Part shown: in pieces, positions 17,020 to 26,885 of the stretch
How the letters are laid out: every line of letters starts with the position of its first letter
Numbering within the stretch: position 1 is the stretch's first letter
DNA from: Clostridia bacterium
GTDB taxonomy: Bacteria > Bacillota > Clostridia > Oscillospirales > CAG-272
Direction: 5' to 3'
DNA: 47,145 nucleotides
NCBI GenBank assembly: GCA_017461635.1
Contig: JAFTXK010000001.1
Coordinates: 1-47,145 of the forward strand
Program-made: the position numbers and the translations under genes
The notes under the pieces: model-generated
What the model saw: only the letters and a program-made list of their open reading frames with translations
Told to the model about the DNA's origin: nothing
The model's database searches: none

Positions 17020-18944
17020 AATTTCAAAATAGCAGAATTAAGGATATGATCGAGGGCAGCGCGGTCATGCGCTTTTCAAAAAAGTGTTATGATGCAATGT
17101 TTTCAGGTTTTTTCGGTTCGCTTCTGACGAATTATTCTTCGAAGCAGCTCAGCTTTGAAAAGGGATTATTCGGCGGCGGAAAAAACAGCAGTTCTTGGGA
17201 AAAGGGATTTCTTTCAAGAGTGCGCAGACGAATTATCGTCAGCTATGAAAACAGCCGCATTCTCGGAGGACTGACCCTTGCGAGGAACTGGCTTCTTGGC
17301 TGTCATATGCGCTTCTACGGCTTCTTTTTCCTCTATTTCGGACTTTGCGTTCTTCTGATGAATCTTATCAAGCGTTTTGCGCTTGTTGGTGATTCTTCAA
17401 GCTATCTTGGTTGGGTGATCGGTGCTCTTTTTGCATTTGCGGCATTTCCCATGCTCATCTCAGGCAAGAATCTTGCCTCGGCTGTTGGAGACAGCCTGAT
17501 ATTCTCCACCATTATTTTTGATTTTCTCGGTTTTTCACGAACAGAACTAAAAAAATACGCCTCACCTAAGTACGCATCAAAAAGATATTTTTGGGCGGCA
17601 GTTTTCGGAGCTTTGCTTGGATGTCTGTCATATTTTGCATCTCCGCTTTTGATCGCTCTCGGTGCCTTAGGCTTCATCTGGGCTGTTATGGTATATAAGA
17701 ACCCCGAGATCGGTGTTCTTTCCTCGGTATTCGTTGCACCCTTTCTTACATTCCTCGGCTCGCCTTCTCTTCTCCTTGCCGCACTTATTATTTTCACCTT
17801 CGTCTGTATGTGCATTAAGGTGTTTTTAGGTAAACTCGTGATAAAGCTCGAAATATCCGATGCTTTTGTCGGTATCTTCATGCTTATCATGCTCATGGGC
17901 GGACTTGCCTCTGTAGGCGGTGCGGCTTCTCTCAGAGAATCAGCAATATATGTCTGCTTCATGCTGATCTATTTCATGATAGTTTCTCTTATAACTACAA
18001 GAGAATGGCTCGACCGCCTCTCCTTCTCGCTTGTGGCTTCCGGAACTCTTACCGCCCTTTACGGTCTTTATCAGAAGCTCAGCGGAAATATGGAGGTGGG
18101 CACAATGGATAAGGACATGTTCGGAGACCTTGGCGGAAGGATAACCTCAACCTTTGAAAACTCCAATATGCTTGGCGTTTTCCTTATCATGGTCTTCCCC
18201 TTTGCCGTTTCATATATTTTCAGATCGAAGAAAATATGGATCAAATTCGCGTCTCTCGCTTCCTGCGGTGCGATGGGAATCTGCCTTATATATACATGGT
18301 CAAGAGGGGCTTGGCTCGGGCTTGTTCTCGCATGCTTTGTGTTCATTCTGCTTTATGACTATTATATCATTCCACTTCTTATTCCCGCAGGCGCGCTTGG
18401 CATAACGGTTCTTTGGGATAAGATAGGCGGCAACGGACTTGTCACAGATCTTGCAACGCGTTTTTCCAGTATTCTGACCATGTCCGATACCTCCTCTGTA
18501 TACCGTCTCGGCATCTGGCGCGGTGCACTTAAGGTGGCTGAGGAAAACTGGTTGACGGGAATCGGCATAGGCACAGAGGCTTTCAGAAAGGTATATATAA
18601 AATTTGCCGAATCGGGTATTGAAACCGCAGTCCACAGCCACAATCTCTTCTTACAAATATTTATTGAAACAGGTGTACTCGGCATCGTCATATTCCTTGC
18701 GGCGCTTATCCTCTGCATAAAGAGCGGACTTGAGCTTATAAGAAGAAGCAGGGCCGATACCGCGGCTGAAAAATCTATCGCTGTTGCGGCGATCAGCGGA
18801 CTTATGGCGGCGCTTCTTCAGGGAATGACCGATTTTATCTGGTTCAATTACAGAATCTTCTTCTTTTTCTGGGTCATCACAGCCTTTATTTCTGCGGCCT
18901 CGAGGATCAGCGGAAGAAAGACCCGTTCAAAAAACGAATATTGA
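17016..18944 (+). CDS. large polytopic membrane protein with O-antigen ligase/polymerase (Wzy_C) domain
   Basis: 642 aa, many TM segments. YTWSRGAWLGL ... HSHNLFLQIFIETGVLG typical of the Wzy_C/O-antigen ligase family. TTG start 7 nt after GGAGG, overlapping the trmD stop. Confidence 0.7.
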   Translation: MKFQNSRIKDMIEGSAVMRFSKKCYDAMFSGFFGSLLTNYSSKQLSFEKGLFGGGKNSSSWEKGFLSRVRRRIIVSYENSRILGGLTLARNWLLGCHMRFYGFFFLYFGLCVLLMNLIKRFALVGDSSSYLGWVIGALFAFAAFPMLISGKNLASAVGDSLIFSTIIFDFLGFSRTELKKYASPKYASKRYFWAAVFGALLGCLSYFASPLLIALGALGFIWAVMVYKNPEIGVLSSVFVAPFLTFLGSPSLLLAALIIFTFVCMCIKVFLGKLVIKLEISDAFVGIFMLIMLMGGLASVGGAASLRESAIYVCFMLIYFMIVSLITTREWLDRLSFSLVASGTLTALYGLYQKLSGNMEVGTMDKDMFGDLGGRITSTFENSNMLGVFLIMVFPFAVSYIFRSKKIWIKFASLASCGAMGICLIYTWSRGAWLGLVLACFVFILLYDYYIIPLLIPAGALGITVLWDKIGGNGLVTDLATRFSSILTMSDTSSVYRLGIWRGALKVAEENWLTGIGIGTEAFRKVYIKFAESGIETAVHSHNLFLQIFIETGVLGIVIFLAALILCIKSGLELIRRSRADTAAEKSIAVAAISGLMAALLQGMTDFIWFNYRIFFFFWVITAFISAASRISGRKTRSKNEY

Positions 18945-18958
18945 AAGGATGACAAAAA

Positions 18959-19456
18959 ATGGCTATAAATATTAAAGGAAAGAAAAAACGCTGGAACGGC
19001 ATGGATCTTTTCTTCGTGCTTATAATAGCGGCGGTTATTGCCGCTGCGGTATTCGTTATCGGAAATATGAACAAAAGCCAACAGAGCGCAAAGACTGAAA
19101 GCATTACCATCGAATATACTGTTGAATTCAGACAGGTAAATAACTCCGCGCTCGGCACGGTCAAGGAAGGCGATATAGTACGCGACCCCGATAACAAGAG
19201 AAATATCGGCACTGTTATTTCGGTTCAAAGCGTTCCATATTCAAAAATCACATATAATCCCAATGACGGCAGTGTTTATATGGCTGAAAACCCCGATGTT
19301 TCGGATCTGGTCATAACCATCCGCGCGGAGGCGACACATTCCGACAGCGGTTATTATGTCAACGACGCAAGATTTCTCGTTGGCAGAGCTACCAATATCT
19401 GGTCGCCGGGCTTTGCGGGCTCGGGCTATTGCATCAATATCCGCGAGATCGATTAA
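18959..19456 (+). CDS. DUF4330-like protein (N-terminal TM anchor)
   Basis: 165 aa; N-terminal ...MDLFFVLIIAAVIAAAVFVIG anchor then beta-rich domain. Paralogous to the next gene. Family name from memory. Confidence 0.55.
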   Translation: MAINIKGKKKRWNGMDLFFVLIIAAVIAAAVFVIGNMNKSQQSAKTESITIEYTVEFRQVNNSALGTVKEGDIVRDPDNKRNIGTVISVQSVPYSKITYNPNDGSVYMAENPDVSDLVITIRAEATHSDSGYYVNDARFLVGRATNIWSPGFAGSGYCINIREID

Positions 19457-19468
19457 GGAGGACTGAAG

Positions 19469-19963
19469 ATGGATAACAATACTAAAAGAAGACTCGGTGT
19501 TCTTGATTTAGCAATAATCATCGTGCTCGTTCTCTGTGCCATTGTCTTTGCCCTGCGCTTTTATGGCAGAGCTGAGATAAGCGGCGAGGATCTTACGGGC
19601 AAATATACGATCTCTTTCATCGTAAGTGACGTTCGGCATACCACAGCCGATGCTTTCGTTAAGGGCGACAGGGTTTATGTTGCAACAGATGATACCTGCA
19701 TAGGAGTTTTCGAACGTCTCGATTCAAATAATCCCGCGGCTTATTATGCCGAAGATCCGAGCGCGGGTATAGTCAAGGTCTATTACCCTGAGGGGACAAG
19801 GATAGACCTTACGGGAACCATCATTTCCGAGGGCGTAATGAATGACGACGGCTATTTTGCAAACGGCAGTTATTTCCTTGCTCCCGGCAAAAAGATCTCT
19901 ATCTATACAGGTCACGTTTTCGTTGATATCACCCTCTCGGAGATCACAGAATATGCAGAATAA
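19469..19963 (+). CDS. DUF4330-like protein (paralog of 18959-19456)
   Basis: 164 aa; RRLGVLDLAIIIVLVLCAIVFAL anchor; same length and architecture as the upstream gene. RBS AAGGAGGA. Confidence 0.55.
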   Translation: MDNNTKRRLGVLDLAIIIVLVLCAIVFALRFYGRAEISGEDLTGKYTISFIVSDVRHTTADAFVKGDRVYVATDDTCIGVFERLDSNNPAAYYAEDPSAGIVKVYYPEGTRIDLTGTIISEGVMNDDGYFANGSYFLAPGKKISIYTGHVFVDITLSEITEYAE

Positions 19964-20051
19964 TGAGCGTTTTTGAGCAAAAATGTCACTTTTGCATGAT
20001 AAAGCGATGCTTTTCCGAAAAATATTTATCAAAAATGCCCGAAAATTTTTG

Positions 20052-20080
20052 TTGATTTTGTGACGAAAATTTGATATACT
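20052..20080 (+). promoter_or_regulatory. candidate promoter of the HPr gene
   Basis: TTGATT (20052-20057), 17 nt, TATACT (20075-20080). Confidence 0.35.
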
Positions 20081-20132
20081 ATTATTAATAGATGTTTTAG
20101 TGTAAAATCAATGTGTTTTGGAGAGTTAGAAT

Positions 20133-20396
20133 ATGGTATCTCGTGAAGTAAAAATTATCAACAGCGTTGGCCTTCATGCCAGACCTGCAACATTTTTCAT
20201 TCAGAAGGCTCAGAGCTATAAGTCTTCTATTTGGGTAGAAAAGGATGACCGCAGGATCAATGCAAAGAGCCTTCTCGGTATTCTTGCCCTCGGAATTTCC
20301 AAGGGTATGTCTATCAATCTTATTGCCGACGGCCCCGATGAGGGTGAGGCACTTGACGGACTTGCCGAGCTTATCAATACCGGCTTTGTCGAATAA
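20133..20396 (+). CDS. ptsH: phosphocarrier protein HPr
   Basis: 87 aa; active-site GLHARPA (His15) and regulatory NAKSLLGIL (Ser46). Confidence 0.92.
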   Translation: MVSREVKIINSVGLHARPATFFIQKAQSYKSSIWVEKDDRRINAKSLLGILALGISKGMSINLIADGPDEGEALDGLAELINTGFVE

Positions 20397-20410
20397 GTTT
20401 TATGCACGGT

Positions 20411-20441
20411 GGTGGTGATGCTTCTGCATGACCACCTTTTT
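20411..20441 (+). terminator. rho-independent terminator after ptsH
   Basis: GGTGGTGATGC-TTCT-GCATGACCACC followed by TTTTT. Confidence 0.65.
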
Positions 20442-20467
20442 GTTTAATAAGCATTTTGGGAGGATAT

Positions 20468-22303
20468 ATGGAAACAAGGATTGAAAGACTTCTTTCAAAA
20501 GCGAATACACTTCCGCTGACTCCCGGTGTTTACATTATGAAGGATAAGGCGGGTAAGGTAATTTACGTTGGAAAATCGCGAAAGCTGAAAAACAGAGTTT
20601 CGCAGTATTTTCAGAACAGCGAAAAGAATCTTAAGACCATGAAGATGGTCTCTCTTGTCCATGATTTTGACTATTACCTCTGCGATACGGAGATCGAGGC
20701 TCTTACCCTTGAAAACCGAATGATAAAGCAGTATAGTCCTAAATATAATATAAGGCTGAAGGATTCAAAGAGCTATCCCTATATAAAGGTAACGGCAGGA
20801 GAATACCCTCAGATAGTTTATACCAGAAAGCGAACGGCAGATAAGGGCGCAAGATATTTCGGCCCATATTCGGGTACGGGCACTGTTTTTTCTGTAATAA
20901 ATCTTCTTCAAAAAAGCCTGGGAATACCTTCCTGCAAGCGGTCTTTTCCAAAGGATATCGGCAAGGAGCGCCCCTGTATTTATTATCAGATGGGACAGTG
21001 TCTCGGTGTCTGCACAGGAAAGGTTAGCTCGGAGGAATATGGAGAAACCATAAAATGCGCCGTAAGTATTCTGCGCGGAAATACCTCAGAAGCCAAAAAG
21101 GAGCTTACCGAACAGATGCTCCGCTATGCCGAGGAAGAAAAATTCGAGGTTGCGGCAAGATGCAGAGACGCTATTGCAGCGCTGGAAAGCCTCAGCCAGA
21201 AGCAGAAGGTGGTTGCAGCGCCCGACGCGGACAAGGATGTTTTTGCGCTTTATTCCGATGATAACTGCTCGGTCATTTCCGTATTCAATATCCGCGAGGG
21301 CGCAGTTACCGACAAGATGGAATTCTATTTCGGAGCTGATCAGATAGCGGATGAAACTACAATGCCGTCCTTTATCGGCGACTATTATCTTAAACGGGAA
21401 TATGTTCCTCATGAAATTCTGCTTGATTTTAACATTGATGAAGAAGATTCAGAAATACTCTCAGGCTATCTTGCCGAAATGGCAGGCAGAAGAGTTGAGA
21501 TTCGCACACCCGAAAGGGGCGATATGCGAACGCTCTGCCGAATGGTCTATGCAAATGCCAAGGACAAGGCAAAGCTATACAAGCTGAATGCCGAAAAGGA
21601 TGAAAGCACACTTATACTGCTGGCATCAATGCTTGGTCTCGAGGTGCTTCCCGAGCGCATCGAGGCTTACGATATTTCAAACCTCGGTTCGGAACACAAG
21701 ACCTGCGGAATGGTGGTCTGCCGCGAGGGAAAATTCCGCCGTTCGGATTACCGCAGCTTTACGATCAAGACGGTTGAGGGAGTGGACGACTATGCAAGTA
21801 TGCGTGAAGCTCTTCGGCGCAGACTGAGCCATCTTTCAGATGATAGCGGTTCATTTTCCGAGCGTCCCGATCTGATCCTGCTGGACGGCGGCAAGGGTCA
21901 TGTTTCAACTGTTCGATCCCTTATGCGCGAGATGGGTATAGATATCCCGACCTTCGGAATGGTCAAGGACGATTTCCATAAGACCAGAGCTCTCTGCGAT
22001 GAGGAAAGTGAGATAAGCATTGCAAGAGAACAGTCGGTCTTTTCTCTGATATACAGGATACAGGAGGAAGTTCACCGCTACAGCGTTTCCAGAATGGACG
22101 GAGCAAAGAGAAAAACTCTTACGACCTCCTCTCTTGAAAAGATAAACGGCATAGGAAAGGCAAAAGCAAAGGCTCTGCTGACCTATTTCGGAGGTCTGGC
22201 GGGAGTAAGAAATGCCTCTCGCGAAGAGCTTTCCTCTGTCGGAGGCATCGGTCAGAGGGATGCAGATAACATTTACGAATATTTTCACGGTAACAATGAT
22301 TAA
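20468..22303 (+). CDS. uvrC: excinuclease ABC subunit UvrC
   Basis: GIY-YIG N-terminus (PGVYIMKDKAGKVIYVGKS...LKNRVSQYF), UVR domain, C-terminal HhH (INGIGKAKAKALL). ATG 20468 after GGGAGG. Confidence 0.93.
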   Translation: METRIERLLSKANTLPLTPGVYIMKDKAGKVIYVGKSRKLKNRVSQYFQNSEKNLKTMKMVSLVHDFDYYLCDTEIEALTLENRMIKQYSPKYNIRLKDSKSYPYIKVTAGEYPQIVYTRKRTADKGARYFGPYSGTGTVFSVINLLQKSLGIPSCKRSFPKDIGKERPCIYYQMGQCLGVCTGKVSSEEYGETIKCAVSILRGNTSEAKKELTEQMLRYAEEEKFEVAARCRDAIAALESLSQKQKVVAAPDADKDVFALYSDDNCSVISVFNIREGAVTDKMEFYFGADQIADETTMPSFIGDYYLKREYVPHEILLDFNIDEEDSEILSGYLAEMAGRRVEIRTPERGDMRTLCRMVYANAKDKAKLYKLNAEKDESTLILLASMLGLEVLPERIEAYDISNLGSEHKTCGMVVCREGKFRRSDYRSFTIKTVEGVDDYASMREALRRRLSHLSDDSGSFSERPDLILLDGGKGHVSTVRSLMREMGIDIPTFGMVKDDFHKTRALCDEESEISIAREQSVFSLIYRIQEEVHRYSVSRMDGAKRKTLTTSSLEKINGIGKAKAKALLTYFGGLAGVRNASREELSSVGGIGQRDADNIYEYFHGNND

Positions 22304-22333
22304 TCAATAACGAAAATTTTTGAGGTAAGAATC

Positions 22334-22933
22334 ATGATGCGAATAATCACAGGGCGTGCCAAAGGCATCCGACTTGCAACACTTGAGGGAGAAAATACAC
22401 GTCCTACCTCCGAGCGCGCCAAGGAAGCTATATTTTCAATGATACAGTTTGAGCTTGAGGGCAGAAGAGTCCTCGACCTTTTTGCAGGATCGGGTCAGAT
22501 GGGGCTTGAAGCCCTCAGCCGCGGTGCCGCAAATGCTGTTATGGTAGATCATGCAAAGGCAGCGATTTCAGTTATAAAGCAGAATATTGCAAAGACCAAG
22601 CTCGAAGGCGCGTCCGTGATCTGCGCCGATTCCCTTGAATTTCTTCGAAGCGAAGGAAGAAAGAGAAACGAAAGCTCAAAATTCGATATAGTCTTTCTCG
22701 ATCCTCCATATGCCGAAAGGATAATACCGAGAGCTCTTGATCTTCTCCTTTCGGGCAGACTTATCAAGCGAACCTCGCTTATCGTCTGCGAAAGCGGTTC
22801 GAATGAGGACGTTTTCGGCGGAAATAAGGAGCTTGAAGCGCGTTTTGAAGTGCTCCGAAGCATAAAGCACGGCATTGCATATGTAAACCTTCTCACACCG
22901 AAGCACAGTGAGGAATCAAATGATGCCGAATGA
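22334..22933 (+). CDS. rsmD: 16S rRNA (guanine966-N2)-methyltransferase RsmD
   Basis: MRIITGRAKGIRL, TRPTSERAKEAIFSM, VLDLFAGSGQMGLEALSRGA, VFLDPPY. Confidence 0.9.
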   Translation: MMRIITGRAKGIRLATLEGENTRPTSERAKEAIFSMIQFELEGRRVLDLFAGSGQMGLEALSRGAANAVMVDHAKAAISVIKQNIAKTKLEGASVICADSLEFLRSEGRKRNESSKFDIVFLDPPYAERIIPRALDLLLSGRLIKRTSLIVCESGSNEDVFGGNKELEARFEVLRSIKHGIAYVNLLTPKHSEESNDAE

Positions 22934-23426
22934 GAAAAAACTGCGCCGTGCGATAGTCCCCGGCAGCTTTGACCCGATGACGGTAGGACATGAGGACATT
23001 CTGAAGCGCGCATCAAAGCTTTATGACGAGGTCTACCTCGCACTGCTCATAAATCCAAGCAAAAAATATCTTTTCGATCTTGAAACCAGAATTCTGATAG
23101 CCGAATGTGCGGCAAAGGATATTCCAAATGCGAAAGTGGTTCACAGCGACGGAATGCTTGCAGATCTTGCAAGAGAGCTGGGCTGTGAAGCAATAATAAA
23201 GGGAGCTCGAAACGAAAAAGACTTCACCTATGAGATGAAAATGGCACTCTATAACAGAGCTCTCGCTCCCGAAATAGAGACCTTCCTTCTTCCATGCGAT
23301 GATAAGCTCGGCGAAATAAGCTCTACTCTCGTTCGTTCTCTCCTTGAAAAAGGCGAGTATGAAAAAGCGAACGCTCTGCTGCCAAAGGGCGCACTCGATA
23401 TAATTCTGAAACGAGGTTATAAATGA
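22920..23426 (+). CDS. coaD: pantetheine-phosphate adenylyltransferase CoaD
   Basis: AIVPGSFDPMTVGHEDIL (HxGH-type motif), ISSTLVR. Start ATG 22920 or 22923 after GTGAGGAA; ORF track GTG 22908 lies inside the RBS. Confidence 0.9.
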   Translation: MMPNEKKLRRAIVPGSFDPMTVGHEDILKRASKLYDEVYLALLINPSKKYLFDLETRILIAECAAKDIPNAKVVHSDGMLADLARELGCEAIIKGARNEKDFTYEMKMALYNRALAPEIETFLLPCDDKLGEISSTLVRSLLEKGEYEKANALLPKGALDIILKRGYK

Positions 23427-24730
23427 TACCGAAAAAAATATCGGCAGGAAGAGGAACTCTTCTTGCCATTAAAACAGATAAATTCAAAACAGAAATGCTG
23501 ACCTTAACTCTGCCATTGCCTATGGCACAGAGAACTCAGAGGCTTTGTACTCTCCTTTTCAGTATTCTGCGCCGCGGCTGTAAGGCTTATCCCGATATAG
23601 CGTCACTCAGCCGCCGCCTTGACGATCTTTATGATGCGAATATCGCTACCATGGCGGCTCCGACGGGTGAGAATTTTTCAGCCGGCTTTGCCTGCGAATG
23701 TCTTGACAGCGCATATGTAAAAGAGGATAATGATCTTCTTGCGGGAACTCTTGATACACTGAGGAAAATGCTTTTCGAGCCCCTTCTCGATGCTGACGGA
23801 AATTTCTCCCAAAAGGCTCTGGAGCTTGAAAAACGCAATCTCTGCGACAGCATCCGAACCTCGGATAACGATCCAAAGATACATTCCTTTCAGCTCTGCC
23901 GCGGAATAATGTTTGAGGGCGAGCCCTATGGGAAACGCGCAGCGGGAACGGTTGAGGACGTTATGGCGGTAAATGGCAAAGAGCTTGAAGAATTCCGACG
24001 CGAATATCTCGGTCTTTCATCGCCGACCTTCATCTATATCGGCAGGCGCGATGCCGAAGAAATAAAAGCTCTCATAGAAAAATATTTCGGAGATTTCGGC
24101 GGTGAAAAAGCCCGGCTGAATAAAACTATACTTAAAAATGCCGTACCTTCAATGAGGAGCGTGGAAGAAGAGATGTCTGTTCTTCAGGGCAAGCTCACTC
24201 TCGGTATGCGTTCGGATATTGGTGCAGTCGATAAGGACATGTATGCCGCCATACTCACCAATGACATTTTCGGCGGTTCTCCCTCTTCAAAGCTTTTCAG
24301 AAATGTCAGAGAAAAGCAGAGCCTGTGCTATTCCTGCTCTTCCTCCTTTGATTTTGTTAAGGGCGCGCTTTTCGTTCGTTCGGGGATCAGCAATGAGAAT
24401 AAGGACCGCGTGATAAAGGAGATCCTTGCTCAGTTTGAGGAGATCAAAAGTGGCAATATTTCAGATTATGAATTTGAATGCTCAAAGCGCTCTATTGAGA
24501 ATTATTACAGACAGGCGAGCGATTCGGCATATTCTATGGAAAATTATTACCGCACAAGATCTATCGCAGGAATCGACACAACACTTGACGGAGCGATAGA
24601 AGCTATCCATAGCGTAACAAAAGAGGATGTTGTCCGCGCGGCAAACCGCTTCGGGGCGGATACCTGTGCCTTCGTGAGAGGTAATTTAGGCGATGGCAAG
24701 GGATATGAGGAGGGCGATGAAGATGAATGA
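23423..24730 (+). CDS. M16-family (pitrilysin-like) peptidase homolog lacking the HxxEH zinc motif, probable non-catalytic partner
   Basis: 435 aa; same fold-length as the next gene, but the position of HxxEH reads LLFSILRRG. ATGA overlap with coaD. Confidence 0.7.
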   Translation: MIPKKISAGRGTLLAIKTDKFKTEMLTLTLPLPMAQRTQRLCTLLFSILRRGCKAYPDIASLSRRLDDLYDANIATMAAPTGENFSAGFACECLDSAYVKEDNDLLAGTLDTLRKMLFEPLLDADGNFSQKALELEKRNLCDSIRTSDNDPKIHSFQLCRGIMFEGEPYGKRAAGTVEDVMAVNGKELEEFRREYLGLSSPTFIYIGRRDAEEIKALIEKYFGDFGGEKARLNKTILKNAVPSMRSVEEEMSVLQGKLTLGMRSDIGAVDKDMYAAILTNDIFGGSPSSKLFRNVREKQSLCYSCSSSFDFVKGALFVRSGISNENKDRVIKEILAQFEEIKSGNISDYEFECSKRSIENYYRQASDSAYSMENYYRTRSIAGIDTTLDGAIEAIHSVTKEDVVRAANRFGADTCAFVRGNLGDGKGYEEGDEDE

Positions 24731-26015
24731 TATAAAAACTGTTAAAAGCGCACTTCTCGGCGAAAAATACGAGCATATAAAGCACAAAAGCGGACTTGAC
24801 ATCTATGTTTTTCCGAAAAATCTGACTACTACTTATGCCGTTTTCGGTACTCATTACGGCTCTATTGATAATGGCTTTATGCTTGAGGGAGATTCCTCTG
24901 TTACCGAAGTTCCGGGCGGAATCGCTCATTTTCTTGAGCATAAAATGTTTACAAATGAGGACGGAAGCGATTCGTTTGAGCGTTTTTCAGAGCTTGGAGC
25001 TGACGCAAACGCCTATACTTCATATGACAAAACGGTGTTTCTTTTCAGCTGTACCTCTAATTTTTCCGAATGTCTCGGCGAGCTTATAGATTTTGTGACC
25101 CACCCATATTTTACAGATGAATCCGTGGCAAAGGAACAGGGGATAATCGCAGAAGAGATCGGCATGTACGACGATAATCCCGCAACCCGATCCTATTACG
25201 GAATGCTTGAAGGGCTTTACGAAAAGCACGATATCAAAAACAACATCTGCGGCACTGCCCAAAGCATTGCCGAAATAACTCCCGCTCTGCTTTACCGCTG
25301 TCATGAGGTCTTCTATAACCTCTCCAATATGGCACTGGTAATCTGCGGAAATGTAACTTCGGATGAAGTCCTTACGGTTGCCGATAAGCATCTGAAAGCC
25401 CAAAATCCCGTAAAAATAATCAGACGCAAGGTCAAGGAAAGTGACAGAGTCGCAAAGCCGAGAACAGAATGTAAAATGCAGCTGGCAAAGCCGCTCTTTG
25501 ATATCGGTATTAAAGATACCGCCGTGCCTGCCGATCCGATTCTCCGCGAGAGACGCGAGGTGGCAATGTCCATCGTCACAGATCTGATCTTTTCTCAAAC
25601 GGGTGAGCTTTTCAGCGAGCTTTATGAGAGCGGCATGATATCTCCAAGCCTTAACAGCGCTTATACCGTTTCCGAGACCTTCGGATTCTGCGCCGTTTCG
25701 GGCGAAGCCGATGATCCCGAAGCGGTATACGAAAAGATAAAGTCTTATGTTCTCCAAAAGAGAAACGAGGGCTTTACGGAAGAGGAGTTTGAAAGATGCC
25801 GCAAGGTGTTCTATTCCTCCTTTGTCCGCGGTCTCGATTCGGCAGACGATATTGCAAACGATCTGATCGAATTCGTATTTGACGGCTATGATTTCTTCGG
25901 CTATGCGGATATTATCTCAACTATAACCCTCGATGAAGTTATGGAGGTATTCCGCTCCTCATTCTCCGAGCAGTGCTTCACGCTTTCTGCTGTTTTCCCG
26001 ATCGATAATAAATAA
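24723..26015 (+). CDS. M16-family zinc peptidase (insulinase-like), catalytic subunit
   Basis: GIAHFLEHKMF contains the inverted zinc motif HxxEH. Start ATG 24723 (9 nt after GGAGG) or 24717. Confidence 0.8.
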   Translation: MNDIKTVKSALLGEKYEHIKHKSGLDIYVFPKNLTTTYAVFGTHYGSIDNGFMLEGDSSVTEVPGGIAHFLEHKMFTNEDGSDSFERFSELGADANAYTSYDKTVFLFSCTSNFSECLGELIDFVTHPYFTDESVAKEQGIIAEEIGMYDDNPATRSYYGMLEGLYEKHDIKNNICGTAQSIAEITPALLYRCHEVFYNLSNMALVICGNVTSDEVLTVADKHLKAQNPVKIIRRKVKESDRVAKPRTECKMQLAKPLFDIGIKDTAVPADPILRERREVAMSIVTDLIFSQTGELFSELYESGMISPSLNSAYTVSETFGFCAVSGEADDPEAVYEKIKSYVLQKRNEGFTEEEFERCRKVFYSSFVRGLDSADDIANDLIEFVFDGYDFFGYADIISTITLDEVMEVFRSSFSEQCFTLSAVFPIDNK

Positions 26016-26030
26016 AACGGAGGTTCAAAC

Positions 26031-26885
26031 ATGACAAAAATCGCGTTTCCCGGTCTCGGGATAGAAACCTTTGAGATCAATCCCGTGGCATTAAAGCTTT
26101 TCGGGCTTGAGATCCGTTGGTACGGGCTTATAATAGTCCTCGGAATAATCCTCGCCTTTTCCTATGCGGTCTACCGCAGTAAAAGAGAAGGCTTTACCAC
26201 CGATGATATGCTTGACCTCTTTATCTATACCGTTCTCGGCGGCGTTGTTGGCGCGAGACTTTATTATGTGCTGACCAGCCTTGACCGCTATGATCGCTTT
26301 TGGCAGATCTTTGAGGTCTGGAACGGCGGTCTCGGAATTTACGGCGGCATCATTGGCGGTGCTCTTGCCATCTTCATCGTCTGCAAGGTGAAGAAAAAGA
26401 ACTTTATTAAAGCCTTTGATATGATAGCACCGGGCGTTATGATCGGTCAGCTTGTGGGCAGATGGGGCAACTTTTGCAACGGCGAGGCTTATGGAGATAT
26501 AACTCAGTTTGAGTTTTTCGGCAAGACCTTTGCAACCCCCGGCGCATCCAATCTCCCTTGGATAATGGAGGTCAATTCCTATGCCAGCGGATACGAGACA
26601 GTTGCAGCTCATCCCACCTTCCTTTATGAATCGATTTGGAATCTGATCGGTTTTATCATCATAAACGCGCTTTATAAAAAGAAAAAATTTGACGGTCAGA
26701 TATGCCTTATGTATTTTGCATGGTACGGGCTCGGAAGAATGTTCATCGAGGGACTTCGCTCTGACAGCCTTTATGTAGGTCCTGTAAAAATCTCACAGCT
26801 TATCGGACTGCTTTGCGCACTCATTGGCAGTGCTGCAATAATATTTATTCTAATCAGAAAGAAAAAGGAGACAAAAAATGGCTAA
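26031..26885 (+). CDS. lgt: prolipoprotein diacylglyceryl transferase Lgt
   Basis: IRWYGLIIVLGI, GGLGIYGGIIGG, GRWGNFCNGEAYG motifs. Confidence 0.92.
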   Translation: MTKIAFPGLGIETFEINPVALKLFGLEIRWYGLIIVLGIILAFSYAVYRSKREGFTTDDMLDLFIYTVLGGVVGARLYYVLTSLDRYDRFWQIFEVWNGGLGIYGGIIGGALAIFIVCKVKKKNFIKAFDMIAPGVMIGQLVGRWGNFCNGEAYGDITQFEFFGKTFATPGASNLPWIMEVNSYASGYETVAAHPTFLYESIWNLIGFIIINALYKKKKFDGQICLMYFAWYGLGRMFIEGLRSDSLYVGPVKISQLIGLLCALIGSAAIIFILIRKKKETKNG

